Source: Selaginella moellendorffii
Taxonomy: Eukaryota > Plantae > Lycopodiophyta
Reading direction: 5' to 3'
NCBI RefSeq assembly: GCF_000143415.4
Contig: NW_003314287.1
Location: 1,385,514 to 1,449,513 of the forward strand
DNA length: 64,000 nucleotides
Shown: positions 23,514 to 36,086 of the stretch, piece by piece
Layout of the letters: every line of letters begins with the position of its first letter
Position numbering within the stretch: the first letter of the stretch is position 1
The notes under the pieces: generated by a model
What the model was told of the DNA's origin: nothing
The model's input: only the letters and a program-made list of their open reading frames with translations
Databases searched by the model: none
Translations under genes and position numbers: made by a program

Positions 23514-24615
23514 TTATTTTTTCTTCGTCGTGGAGAGTTTCCTCGATTTGGAATGTCGCTGCTGTGACGATTCCCCGCGCGCTGCCTGTGGCCAGTGCCG
23601 CTTGCGCTGGTTTATAAACCAGTTGTTTATCTGCTTTGGTTCCAGCCCGGTGGATTGCGCCAGATTAGACTTTTCGTCCCCCTGTCCAGCACAACGAAGC
23701 AATATGTCAAAGAAAATAAGCAATGGAATGGAAAGGACACATTGAAAGAAACTCACATTGGGATATGGATGATCCTGGTGCTGTGACCACCAGTCCAGCA
23801 GCTGTTGCCTCGCTTCCTTGGGGATTTTTTTCTTCCTTTTCTTCTTGAAGCAGACTCTCTTCATCAGCGTCTTCATCATGAGCTCCTTGTTGCCCGCCAG
23901 TGGATCCAAATCGGTGTCCACCTCTCCAAGATCGGCCTTCTCCATGACCTCGTTCTCGGCTGCCAAAACCAAAGAAAAAACCCAAGAACGAGCGTTAGTT
24001 CCACTCAAAAACTGAGGAAAAAGAGGCGTTCAGCTGAAGTAAAGCCGTACAACCGCCGGGGTCTTTCGTACACAGGCTGTCTATCCTGCAGTAGCAGCAG
24101 CAGCGCTGCTGCTGCTGCTGCTACTGATGAAGATCACGAACGAGTTTCACGCACAGGCAGCACGAGAGAATGGGAAGAAGCGATGACCTGGGTCCCCAAA
24201 TCCGTCGAAGCTGCAACCTGAGATCGAACTATAGCAAAGAAACAAAAAGAAAAACTTTTTTTTGCTCTCACCTTCTGTGCTCGACACGGCTCGTTGTACT
24301 GCAGCTGTCCTGAGATGATCTCGCTATCTGACAGTGAAACGTTGCTGCCGCACCCCGTCGTGTTCCAGTGGAGATGTTCTTGGTGCAGCCCGATGATGTT
24401 GATGCGGGCGGCGACGGCGGTGACGATGTTGTGAATCCCGGCGCGGCCTGCTCTAACATTTCAGCGAGCAGTTCGTGTTCCAGTGGAGATGTTGCCATTG
24501 GCGTGAATGGCGGCGGTGGTGACGGTATAAGTCCCACCGCTGCCTGCTCTAAACCTTGGATGCGCCATTTGTCCACGAAACCTTGCGATTCGCTCATGTT
24601 TGCGAACTCAGCCAT
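23514..24615 (-). pseudogene. Inverted KNOX duplicate: MEINOX disrupted, ELK-remnant/homeodomain exons intact (pseudogene or homeodomain-only gene)
   Basis: Reverse-complement match to 32884-35125. Exon 1 is frameshifted and the KNOX2 exon is deleted. [13 protein letters not shown]...PYPN|[30 protein letters not shown] is intact. Confidence 0.85.
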
Positions 24616-25315
24616 ATGATCTTGGGAAACTTGGAGTGGAAGGGTAGCGCGCGGTGAGAAAGCGATGATCTTAGACACATCACCAGTCTTACCTTTGCCC
24701 TCCTCGCACTGCCGTAGGGACTTATCATAGGAAAAGAATGCGGACTGGAAAAACTGTGAGATAAAAAACTTTCTGCAGTATTTCAGAAGAACTATCGAGA
24801 CCGAAAAGGCTCTCTTGATGATTCGCTGAAGAAAAGAACCTAGAGGAGAGAAGTTGTGCTACTGCAAAGACGGTTCAGAAAGACAAGCATCGGTTCTGCA
24901 GAGTGATTCAGAGCTGCAAAACCAACTAGCACACTTGCAGGACGCGGCCCAAGGTATCAAAATCTTAGCCCACGAATTTATCAGCTGCTGCTCGGCGTTT
25001 GCCAAATAAAAAGAGAAGGATCAATCGCTTGGCCTCCCCCTTGAAGGCTTATATGCAGTGATTGACTCAGCAGTCAAGTCCTCCACAAATTGCTCTCCTC
25101 TCGATTCTTCTCGAGGTTTTTCTTTTGCTCCAAAACCCATAATCCAATGGACAGTGACACCGCCACGTCACTCAACATTAAGGATTTGCCAAAATAGAAA
25201 AATTAAATAAGGTTGGGAAGGGTCGTATACTACAAGCTTACACCACCTCTTAAAGTCATGCCTAGGGAATTAGGGCAAGCGATTTTCTGTAAAAACTTAG
25301 GTCATGCAAAGAGAA

Positions 25316-26455
25316 ATGGAGGGCTCTGACCCCGACTCGCAAATCGTTGCTCCGGAAGGAATGAGGTGTAGTTTTACATTTCGCTAGAACATAGAAAGAG
25401 TTTCCACTTTGATTTGTAGCGTCGTGGTGGAGCATCCGGTGATTTTCAAGATGCCTCGCCTCCAAAATGACAAGGAGCGCGAGGAAGTTATCCTTGGGTG
25501 TCTCTACGAGCTCAAGGGAAAGTTCCCAGATCTGATAACACTCTCTACAGGTTTCCGTGAAAACAATGTAATGTATATCATGTTTCCACTCTTTCCAGGC
25601 CGACTGCTCAAAGAAATCGATGGATGCACTCACGCAATCTTCGTTCGATTTCCTTCTCGAAAGGCTCTCATCGACTACTACACCTCCGAGCAGCTTATGG
25701 AAGTTATACAGAAGATGCTACCATCCCTTTCGGTGAGCTCGTAAAATTCCAGAGATTTCTTACCTTTTACTGTGACTAATTCAGGGGGAGTATACAGTGG
25801 ACTACAGTGGGTTTGCATTCAACGATCTCGTAAAGGTTTTTAAATCCCGAGGAATTTTTTTTTCCTTGCGAATTTTTTTATAATGTCTCTTGCTCTACAG
25901 GAACACGAAAACAGTGTTGTCCATATAACATTCTGGAAGTTCGCCGATGAAATCACCTCTGAAGCTGTGGAGGATGTTATGAGCTCTCTCTACAGCCTGA
26001 AAAACGAGATGCCGTCGATCGTTCTACAGATTTCTGCTGGCAAGTTTTCTAGAATTTTTTTTCTATGACTAATTTTTTGGAGAATTTTTCAGGTTCGAAC
26101 AACTATCTGCGGGACAAGGCCTTTTCTCATGCGTTTGTTGCACGACTTGCCTCAGGTTTCCAAATTCCTTAGAAGGTTTTTAGAATGCTCACTGAAAAAC
26201 TATTTCGTTTCTGCAGAAAATACCGTGGAAGGGTTCTATTCTCACCCTGCGTACGTGAAGGTAAGTTCATGCAAGTTTCAACTTAGCTTAAAAGATTTCT
26301 GTGTAGATTATGGAGGAGAAGATCCAGCCTCATTGCAAGCGAATTCTTTCGGCCGATTTTACTCCATACTCTCCACCCTTGGCAGGGTAAAACCAAAATT
26401 TTTAACTCAGTTTTTTCCCGTGATTCTAGTTTTTTCTTCCAGGCCTCGACTTTGA
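25316..26455 (+). CDS. Stress-responsive A/B barrel (tandem Dabb) protein, multi-exon, predicted C-terminal PTS1 (PRL>)
   Basis: VVEHPVIFKM, CTHAIFVRFPSRKALIDYY, VHITFWKF, FSHAFVARL, FYSHPAYVK; final micro-exon G-CCT-CGA-CTT-TGA. Confidence 0.8.
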
Positions 26456-26619
26456 CGAATCCAACATTTTGGAGTTCGATTTGCATTTACTTGCTGTAAT
26501 CGACTCAGCTAGTGCATGCTACTTGTCCTCCATGCAAAGACACAGTTCCCTTCTATAAAATCTTATGGATTCCCAAGAGAAGGAAAAGAGAGAAGATCAT
26601 CGATCAATCTATCGCTGCC

Positions 26620-27100
26620 ATGGCTTCTTTCTCCTTGTTCCTCTCGCTTCTCTTTGGGCTTTCTTCTCTAGCGGCAGCCTTTCACAGGTTTGAGGATTCG
26701 GGCGCCTCGGCCATCGATTCCGCCAGAATGATGCTCCGGAAATACAATCTTCCGGAAGAGCTCTTCCCAGTTTCTCTCGTCACACACTTTTCTTTCGACA
26801 AGGAGGATCGCGCCTTCCACATGAGATTCGAGACATCGTGCTATGTCAAGGTGAGCGACGAGTACCTGTGGTACGGCGAGGAGGTCAACGGAAGGGTCAT
26901 GTACGGACGGATGGAAGACTTGACCGGCGTCCAGTCAAAGGTCCTCCTCGTGTGGCTGCCGGTCAGGGAGCTCCGTGGACGACGCGGAGAGCGGCTACGT
27001 GTACTTGGACGTGGGCCCCATCTACAAGAAGCTGTCCGCGTCAGCATTCCAGTCTCCGCTCCCATGTCATAACGACGACGCGGGCGCACTCGTCTCGTGA
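26620..27100 (+). CDS. DUF538 secreted protein with apparent frameshift near 26974
   Basis: Signal peptide; LRKYNLPEELFP, SCYVK, LTGVQSKVLLVWLPV. Homology to the 51245 paralog continues in a different frame (VDDAESGYVYLDVGPIYKKLSASAFQSPLPC). Confidence 0.8.
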
Positions 27101-27329
27101 GATTTAAAGCTGTTGTGAAATAAATACCATCGTGGCCGTTGGTTTTGAAACACAATCATTTCATAGCATGGCTATGTGGTGTGATCGATCACCTTGATCA
27201 TTCTCTGTACTAAGTCTTGTAGGGTTTCTCGGATCCGGTGGGATTTCTATCAAAATGCGGGCTCTGTGCGATCCCGGCGATGGCTGCATTGGATTCTTGG
27301 TGTAGATTTGGCATTCGTCGCTGGATTGG

Positions 27330-28290
27330 ATGATCCGCGGCGGCAAAGGTAATCACACAAGCCTTCCCGATGTGAATCCGATGGATATTTCACGAAGAAT
27401 TAACGAGTTCTTGCGAGAGAATGGAGTTTCAGGCCTCGGCCTGATTCACGCAAGCTGTCTCCAAACGTCCAGAGAGCGCTATGCAACACAGGGATCAATC
27501 TTCACCATTTTGTCTCGGGTAAGAACACAATTCTTGGAAGCCTGGCTCGTGCGTTGCTGAATCTTTGCTTGATGCAGTGACGAGCATCACTGGGACAGGG
27601 TCGCGCAAAGCTCTCCGAAGGAATCGAAGAGTTTGGCTGGCTCGAGAAGAAAGAACTACCATGGTCGACCATTTATCCGCGGCGCCTTGACAACTTTGAG
27701 GAGCGAGATGGTACCGTCAACCGAGGAGAACTTCTACAGGTGCATCGTCAGCAGTACCGTGGTAACCTTCAACCTTCGAGAGGCCCTTAACAATGGTGTC
27801 AGCTGCGGTGATCTCAGGCTGACACACTTCGCCAGTGGCACGATGAAACTTTACATTCCCACCGACGAACAGCCTTGGTATTTCATCAGCACTGCCGACT
27901 ATCGAGAGTATGGACCACAAGTCTGGGATGACCTGCGCAACTTTCTGAGCAGCAATTGGGTACCATTGTCTTTCAGAGGAGTGATTTTCGAAGGAAGCCA
28001 TGCTCGGAGCTCTTTCATGACATCCTCTCGCGGGAGAAATGTTGCTACCGAGGAATGCAGCAAGCTCTTGAAAGTTCCCCGTTGAAAGTGGAACGTCTGC
28101 GAACTGTCTGATGGCTAGAGCGGTTTCATAGCTGGAAATCACCGCCGAGCGACATTAGAAACAGTTCTACTGGAGATGAAAGAGAAGCTTACATGTTTGC
28201 AGACTTTAGGAGATCACTAAGCTCAAGAACGATTTCGAGAAAGAACGCGGTATCAACGTTGGATTATCACACTCTGGAAGGCCCTTGTAA
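27330..28290 (+). pseudogene. Degenerate NYN-domain (limkain/EDA32-like) endonuclease gene
   Basis: LPDVNPMDISRRINEFLRENGVSG resembles the NYN N-region. ALTTLRSEMVPSTEENFYRCI and YGPQVWDDLRNFLSS resemble the plant NYN-family C-terminal region. Broken by stops and frameshifts. Confidence 0.5.
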
Positions 28291-28436
28291 GACGATTTCC
28301 AGAACTCCGCTCCACCAAGATGTATCCAAACTAAAACTAAGTAAGATACTGTATGGTACCAACTTTTTCTTTCGTAAAAATATTTCAATCGCCAGACTTT
28401 TTTAGGGCTTGGGCATTAGACTAGGGTTTTTGCGCG

Positions 28437-30172
28437 ATGGAAGCGCGATGGCGGGACATCGATTTTCTCCTCCAGCGCCCTGGGAAGCTCGTCAGTGACG
28501 GATTCGAGCCGGGTCCAGAGGTATGCAGCGCTGCGCGCAGTGTGTGCTTGGTGATAGGCAGCTCTCTTTCTCTGCAGCTCAGGGAATTCCTTCGCGACTT
28601 CAAAATTCTGGTGATAGGCGCCGGCGGCCTCGGCTGCGAGATGCTCAAGGATCTTGCGCTCTCCGGCTTTGGAAATATCGACGTGATCGACATGGATACG
28701 ATCGATGTCTCCAATCTCAACCGGCAATTTCTATTCAGGTGTGTGACAAAAACCATGCCAAACGAGAGTGAGCTTATATGTTCTTTCTTTGGTTTCGGGC
28801 AGAATGCACGATGTGGGAAAGCCAAAGGCTCAAGTTGCCGCCGAGAAGATTATGCAGCGTATCAAAGGTGTCACCGTGACTCCACACTACGGTCGGATTG
28901 AGGACAAAGACATTGAGTTCTACCGAGAGTTTCAGCTTATAGTTCTTGGTTTGGATTCACTGGAAGCTCGGAGCTACATCAACTCCATTGCCTGCAGCTT
29001 TTTGGGTAAAACTTCGTGTTTATTGTTTCAGGTCGTGACTTTTATTTCTACTTTTCGCACAGAGTACAACGAAGATGGCGAGCTCGACATGTCAACTATC
29101 AAACCAATGGTTGATGGTGGAACGGAGGGCTTCAAGGGCCATGCCCGAGTGATACTGCCGGGATTCACGCCGTGTTTCCATTGTACTCTCTGGCTATTTC
29201 CGCCACAGGTCACTTATCCGCTCTGTACACTAGCTGAGACCCCTCGGTCTCCAGCTCATTGCATCGAGTACGTTCACCTCATACAATGGGGTCAGGTATG
29301 AGTCACGTTTTTGGCTCATAGATTTTTCATGTTCTTATTGACAGGATCGAGAAGGCGAGTCTTTTAATCCTGACAACCCGGAACATATGACGTGGATGTA
29401 CGAGCAGGTGCTCATCTTCTACTTTTCTCTGTCATTGCCTTACTTGTTCTTTATCTTAGGCATTGAAACGCGCTGAGCAGTTTAACATCAGCGGTGTGAC
29501 TTACTCGCTGACACAGGTGCTGCGTGTCACTTTAAACTTTGTCCGGTTTTAATAGTATTCTTGACAGGGCGTTGTTAAGAACATCATACCTGCAATCGCT
29601 TCGACTAATGCCATTGTTTCGGCCATTTGCTCCCTTGAAGCGCTCAAACTGGCAACGATGTGCAGTAAAGGCCTTGACAACTATATGATGTACGTCATGT
29701 GGGCTTTTCTTTCTTTGTTTCAATGCTACCATCGTGTAGGTACTCTGGAACTCAGGGTGTTTACACCCACACGGTCTCCTATGAGAAGGATTCAAGCTGT
29801 ATGGTTTGCAGTCCGGGAGTCCCTGTTGAAGTTGATGGTTCTATTACTCTGCAGGAGGTAGTCTATCTAGAAAAGCATGCAGACAAGTTATTTGACTTTT
29901 TTCTTTCTTCTCTTGTGCAGTTCATTGACATGCTGCTCCTGGACGCGAGGTTTAAGGATAAGCTATCCAAGCCCAGTGTTTCCTTCCAAGGAACCAATCT
30001 CTACATGCAGGCGCCACCGGTGCTGGAAGAGATGACACGACCAAACTTGCAGTCGTCGCTTCTCTCCTTAATGGGGTCAAAAGGCGTACTGAACGTTAAT
30101 GACCGAAAGCTGGCAGGCGTCCTCCGCGTCCAGGTTGCCTTCAGAAACGTTGCGACGCCCATGGCGGTGTGA
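28437..30172 (+). CDS. ECR1: NEDD8/RUB-activating enzyme E1 catalytic subunit, multi-exon
   Basis: [52 protein letters not shown] catalytic Cys, [28 protein letters not shown]. Confidence 0.96.
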
Positions 30173-30749
30173 GGCCGGCCGGATTAGCATGTAAAGAGGT
30201 AAACCCGGTGGTAAACAAGCTGGGAGGCTCTGTTTTTTTTTGCTTTTTTGCGTTTTCTCTCTATAGATTTCCAGTGCTTCAAGCTGACCGCGTGCAGTGC
30301 ATTGATCGATTAAAAAGCGGCACGAAACGAGAGCAGCAGCCAGTGCCGTGGAGTCCGTATCCTCTAAACACTCCCAGGGGAGGAGAAAAGAAGTGTAGAC
30401 TGTTTAGAGTCTGGAGGCACGTGAACTCTTGTTGGGAATGGAGAAAGCGAGAAGCGAGCAGCTCCCATTGGTCGTCTGGAGGTACATTTTTATTCACGCC
30501 TGTCTTAAGTGACTAACTGGCGTTGATCGCTTTCTTTATGTGTTTTTGCTGGCTTCTCAGGTAACAGGAGAGTCAATGTGTAATAAGTTCAGCCGACGAG
30601 CTCGCCCGCTCGCTCCACCTTCCTGAAGGGATTCTTCGCAGTCCTCTGGATGGACGAGAATGGAGACGCATCGCGAGTCGCGAGAGAACCAAGCGCGGTG
30701 GTGGAAAGTCCAAAAACTTCGGTACGGTTTCCATGTGCATTTCCTGCGG

Positions 30750-30759
30750 TAGCAGCAGC

Positions 30760-30799
<40 letters not shown>

Positions 30800-30872
30800 G
30801 AACAGTAAGCAGCTGTTTTTGGTTTTGGAGAAAAAAAGGCAGGTTCAGCAGTAGCAGCGGCAGCGGCAGCAG
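30750..30872. repeat. (AGC)n imperfect microsatellite
   Basis: AGCAGCAGC runs at 30751-30800 and 30847-30872. Confidence 0.9.
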
Positions 30873-32204
30873 TCAAAGTGCTCGTTGGGAAGTGTCAAAT
30901 CGCTTGCTACAGGGAAGGAAGGCTTCTTTCCTTTTTCTTTTCACTTTTTCTTTCCCAGTGCCCATCTCTGGGGGAAAGCTTGATCACCAAATTCCAATGA
31001 GATATACAATAGGAATTGGAAGAAGAAAGAAAGGTATCTGTGCTGGAGGGCCACATCTTATTGCTCCATAGCTGTATTTTATAAAAGTCCACCACCATTT
31101 ATACGAAATGTGCCATGGAACTTTCTCATTGATAGATCATGGAATCACGGCCCCCCTGATTTTTAATCACACACCGTTCTCTTTATTGCAACATTCCTCG
31201 CTAGGTTATATCTGCTTTTCAAAGGGTTTTCAAATACTTGAAGTATTTTCTGTTTTGATGTGGTCGAGAAATTGGATGATGCAATGAAAATTGGCTTCCG
31301 TTGCACCCACTTTCGTGTGCCCTGCGTTCCAATCGCTTTCGTGTGCGGAAGAAAAAGGAAACAAAAGTATTAAACAATTGGAAATATCTAGCGAGAACGC
31401 AAGAGGCCAAACGCATTGCATTTTTTCTTTTTGTTGGCACCCACCGTATTGATGAAATTGCAGGAGGGCTAAAACCATGGGATGGGATCAAACGAAAACT
31501 ACCACTATCTCTATCTCATACATCCACAGAAAGGGGCCAGCACAGAGAAATGTTAGAAAAATAGGATACACTTCTTAAGCTCCTGGCCAACTTGCGCTCG
31601 GGCAACATGGCTGACCAAATGTTGAACAACAATGCCGTATACGGAAAACAAAAAGGAAAAAGAAAAGTTTAAATTAAGAAAAAAGATGGCGCTTTCAAAG
31701 TACAGTAAGTATAAGAAAATCTTCATTGAAATCGGGGTAAAACCATCAAGCACCCAAATGCCCCCTTGTGGCAAACCATGGGTTTGAACTGGGCCCCTTC
31801 CGTACGGGTCTAGGTGGTGGAAGAGAAGAGGGGCCCAAAAAAACGTCAACGTAAGCGAATGTTGGCTGACGCAAGCGGGGGCCGTCCGTACGCTTGGGTC
31901 CGTGTTTTACCGCAGGTGAAAGCTTAAAAGGAACAAGCGCGGCGTGGCGGCGTCGCTGTCCGTCGGATTAAGCCCCCAAGGTAAATATAGGGAGAAAGAA
32001 GTTACCACGTAAATTTTCTCGGAATAAAACATTAATTGAAGCGGAGGTGGAGATTGTGTCAGCAATGCCCGGGCTTTTCCTTAAGCCGTCAACTTTGGCA
32101 AAATCTCTCCCGAAGCAGACAGACAAGCAAAAGACTCTATAAAAAACGAAGCTGGATTAGCGTGTTTAAAGCATTTTTCTTTCTAGACTCTCTCTCTTTC
32201 CCGA

Positions 32205-32209
<5 letters not shown>

Positions 32210-32236
<27 letters not shown>
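32210..32236. repeat. (CT)n/(GA)n microsatellite upstream of KNOX
   Basis: About 13 CT dinucleotides. Confidence 0.9.
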
Positions 32237-32883
32237 AGAGACACGCGAGCGGCGAGCGAGACCCTCTCTCTCTTGGATCATTGGATGGATGGAGCAGAAG
32301 CGCAAGCCCAGCAAGCACAAAACACCGGGCGAAGAATCGCAAGGGGAGGAACAGGAATTTGTGGAGGACGAGACTGCCGAGATTTTCTAGTCCAGCACTG
32401 CTTATAAGTTCTTCTTTGATCAAGGGGGACGCCAAGATATCGATCCCGTTTCATACGCGGAGCCGCAGCTGATAAATTCATGGGCTATGATTTTCATAAC
32501 TTGGGTCCGCGTGTGGTCCGCGTCTACTGCAAGCGTGCTACTTGGGTTTGCAGCTCTGGATCGACGCGGTGGTGAATCGCGAAGTCTTTGATCCGTAGCA
32601 CCTAGAGTCTTACAAAAGGTAGAGAGGCTCTTTTCTTCAGCAGCAGCGGAGAATCGAGCCATCCCCGGAGCCATTCGTTTCCGGTGTGTGTTGCGGTCAC
32701 TGCAGAAGCTTTGCTCACACAATTCCAGTCGAGGGTCGCATTCTTTTCCTGATAAGTCTCCACAGAAAGTTACACACTGGGAGGAGGGCAAAGGATAAGA
32801 CCGGTTACGTGCCTAAGATCATCGCTTCTCTCCCCTAAGATCACCACAGTTTTACTTCCAAGTTTCTCTAGTTTTCCAAGATC

Positions 32884-35125
32884 ATGGCTGGGGGTTACGC
32901 GCCAACGAAATTCGCAAACATGGAGGAATGGCTCGTCGAAGGTTTGATAGAGCAGGCAGCGGAGGGACTCACAACCTCGCCGCCGCCACCGCCGCCGCCA
33001 TTAGCACCAACATCATCCATGGCGGCACCAAGAACGGAACACGAGGACATGGATCCGCGCGGCAGCAAGGTTTCACTGTCAGATAGCGAGATCATGTCGG
33101 CCATATCAGGACATCCGCAGTACAAGGAGCTCCTTCGAGCACACATGAATTGCTACAAGGTGAGAGCAGAAAAAAAAAAGATTTGTTTTCGTTTTCTTGC
33201 TGTAGTTCGAGAGGGTTTTATGCGAAAATGTAGTTCTCGCCTCTCTCTCAGGTTGGAGCTTCCGCGGATTTGGCGGCCCAGATGGACGAGCTCGTTCGGA
33301 AACGTGAATTCGAGAGTGCCGTCAAGACGAGCATTGGAGTTGATCCAGAGCTGGATCAATTCATGGTAACTTACTCACTCGCAGCTCCAAAGTCTTACAG
33401 TGTTCTACCAGGTTGCTTACTGCAATGTCCTCAACGCCTATGAGATCGAGCTGCGGAGAACTTTCAAAGAGGCCATCGAGTTTTGCAAGAAGCAAGAGCA
33501 CCAGCTCAGTGTCATCGCAGTTAGCAACATCGACGTGCTCTCTTCTGGTAAAGCTCGCAAACACTCTTACAACGCTGCTTGTCCGGTGGCTTGCGTTCTT
33601 GGGTACCTTTTTCGCACTAAGTTTCTTTATACTTGCTGCATGATTTAGTCCATTCCTTCTTCCCATTTTTTTTACGTTGATCGTGCTGCCTGTGAGTGAA
33701 ACTCGTTCATGATCGTCATCACTAGTAGCAGCAGCAGCAGCAGCAGCTTAGCAGGGAAAGATAAAAATAAGAATCCAGAATCATGAGGAATGGAAAAAGG
33801 AAAGCAAGACACATGAGGCAAATTGGTCCGGGGGGTATGGAATAATTCAGCTGATGGTGATAGTGCGAGGGACTCTGATAGTGAGGTGACCTTTGCATTT
33901 AGGAGGTGCCACAGAGGTCTTGTTTTCGCAGTCGTCTTGTTTGGAGCTGGTGGTAAATAGGCAGGGAAACGCAGGTTCCTTGCAATGCAAAGGTTTTTAA
34001 TCCAGATGAGCAGATCTTTACAGAGACGGGTGGTACCTTTTAAATCCTCCTCAGGCTTTGGTGCTATCCAGCTCTATGCATCTCTATAGATTGGATTGGA
34101 TTGGATTGTAACACGCTCTCGTTGGATCAAACGGGGATCGCAAATCCGATAGCGAAAGATCATCATAATCGCCAGCAGCGGCAGCAGCAGGAGCAGTGGT
34201 AGCAGCAACAGCGACAGTTTTGGAAGAAAGAGAGGAAGGGAGAAAAGAAGAGAGAAGGTTTTCGATATCTTTCTCCCTTTCTGCGGGTGATCTTCCGGCC
34301 GATAGGAAGTTTTCACGTGAAGATGGAGCTGCCTGTTCACGTCACCACCATTTTGTGAATGCTGGCTGGGCTGGGCGCTGGCATTCCGCGGGCTAGATTC
34401 GGAACATATCTAATGCGTAGGTGGTCGGATAGAGATGGGAGCATTGATCGCAGGAGTACGGAAGACTCGCGGCGGTTGTACGGCTGTTTTCAGCTGAACG
34501 AATCCTTCTTCTCCGCACTGTTTTGAGTGGCACTAACGCTTGTTCTTGGGTATTTTGCTTTGGTTTTGGCAGCCGAGAACGAGGATGCGAGTGAAACATA
34601 CGAGGATTTCATGGAGGAGGCCGAGAGCGGCGGGATTGGAGAGGTGGACACCGATTTGGATCCACTGGCGGGCGACAAGGAGCTCAAGAAGGTCCTGATG
34701 AAGAGGTATGGAGGTTACATCAAGGGCCTGACGCAGGAATATCTCAAGAAGAAGAAAAAGGGGAAGCTCCCCAAGGAATCGAGGCAGCAGCTGCTGGACT
34801 GGTGGTCACAGCACCAGGATCATCCGTATCCCAATGTGAGTACCTTTGTGTTCTTTCTTGTTGGCATTCTGTGTCTCTTTCTCGTTATGGCTAGTGGGCG
34901 TGCCATGGCTTTGTTCCTTCTTTGTGTCCTTTTCATCGCTTTTTTCTTTGACATTTGCTTCGTTGTGCTGGACAGGAGAACCAAAAGTCGAATCTCGCGC
35001 AATCCACCGGGCTGGACCCAAAGCAGATCAACAACTGGTTTATAAACCAGCGAAAGCGGCACTGGAATCCGCAGGCAGTGCGTGGGGAATCGTCACAGCA
35101 GCGAGACGCCAAATCCAGCAGCTAA
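32884..35125 (+). CDS. Class I KNOX (KNOTTED1-like) homeobox gene, 5 exons with ~1 kb third intron
   Basis: KNOX1 ([22 protein letters not shown]), KNOX2 ([17 protein letters not shown]), ELK ([16 protein letters not shown]), TALE homeodomain ([11 protein letters not shown]...PYP...[15 protein letters not shown]). Confidence 0.95.
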
Positions 35126-35574
35126 TAATGTAAAAACTCTCATGACCAAGAAAGAAAACCAAAACAAAGAACGAGCGAGAACTTAGTGTGTAGAATCGAA
35201 TCTAAAAGACACGATATTTCTCCCACGCAAAGATCTCCCGAGTAAAAGCTACGATCGCTTCAAAGTTTATATCAAAGATACGATAGCATTAGGTAGGTCT
35301 TTATGGCGAGCCTCACTTCGACTGGCCTTCCCGGCAGCATTCCTCCGCGAGGTAAGCCACAGATTTCTCTCCAAGGCTACATTTTTGGATTCGATCCTCA
35401 TCCCCGGACAATCGATGTTACCACGGCGGACGACTACAAGCACTTGCGCGAGTAAGTCCTCCTCATTCATTGCCAATGGATTGGTTTTCTCTTCTTTTCT
35501 GCCTAGCTCCGATCTCCTTGGGCGTTGTGTTCTTCACGTCCGATCAGCTTTCCCACCACATCTCCTCCCTTGTA

Positions 35575-35900
35575 GAAATAAAAGGTTGGCTACACAGAAG
35601 CTCAAAAATGAGAGAGTCGTGATTTGCCGCACAATCTCCTGGATTCCCTCCTGTCAAACAAAGAGATCGAGGTTAATGTGCATGAAATCTTGTCTTCCAC
35701 TGTTTTGATACCTCTTCCACCTTGAGCCTCAAAAATGTCACCTCTGAATTTCTCTTGGCTATTTTGTGCACAGCGCCTTCTGCTTCCTTGAGAGAAGGAA
35801 AGAGAGAATAACGAGTTTCTCTTTCCTGGCACTTACATGAATTGGCACACTCCTCGGATCGTCTCCGTCCAATCTGGAGGACTTGGTGGTGAGCTTCATC
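35575..35900 (-). pseudogene. Repeated coding remnant, possibly thioredoxin-like; further copies at ~22945-23258 and ~61755-61880
   Basis: KEAEGAVHKIAKRNSEVTFLRLKVEEV loosely resembles thioredoxin helix2-beta3 (ELAKK..DVVFLKVDVDE). No WCxPC motif. The DNA repetition is directly visible. Confidence 0.35.
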
Positions 35901-36086
35901 CATCACAAGGAACTAAGACGCCACATACGCGTGAACAAGTTCTAGGCAGATGGTGGTCTCATAGTTAATAAGAGTTGTTTACACTTGTACTCAATTAAGA
36001 AGCACCAAATGGAGGAAGTATATTGTACATTGAGTATATCATAAAACATTGTTGGTTATATATATGGCGCGAAACTTAATACAATT

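Noticed and set aside
32480-32575. 31-codon uORF in the KNOX leader
   Set aside because: The ATG is GTG and the frame is broken in the inverted copy; no support for conservation.
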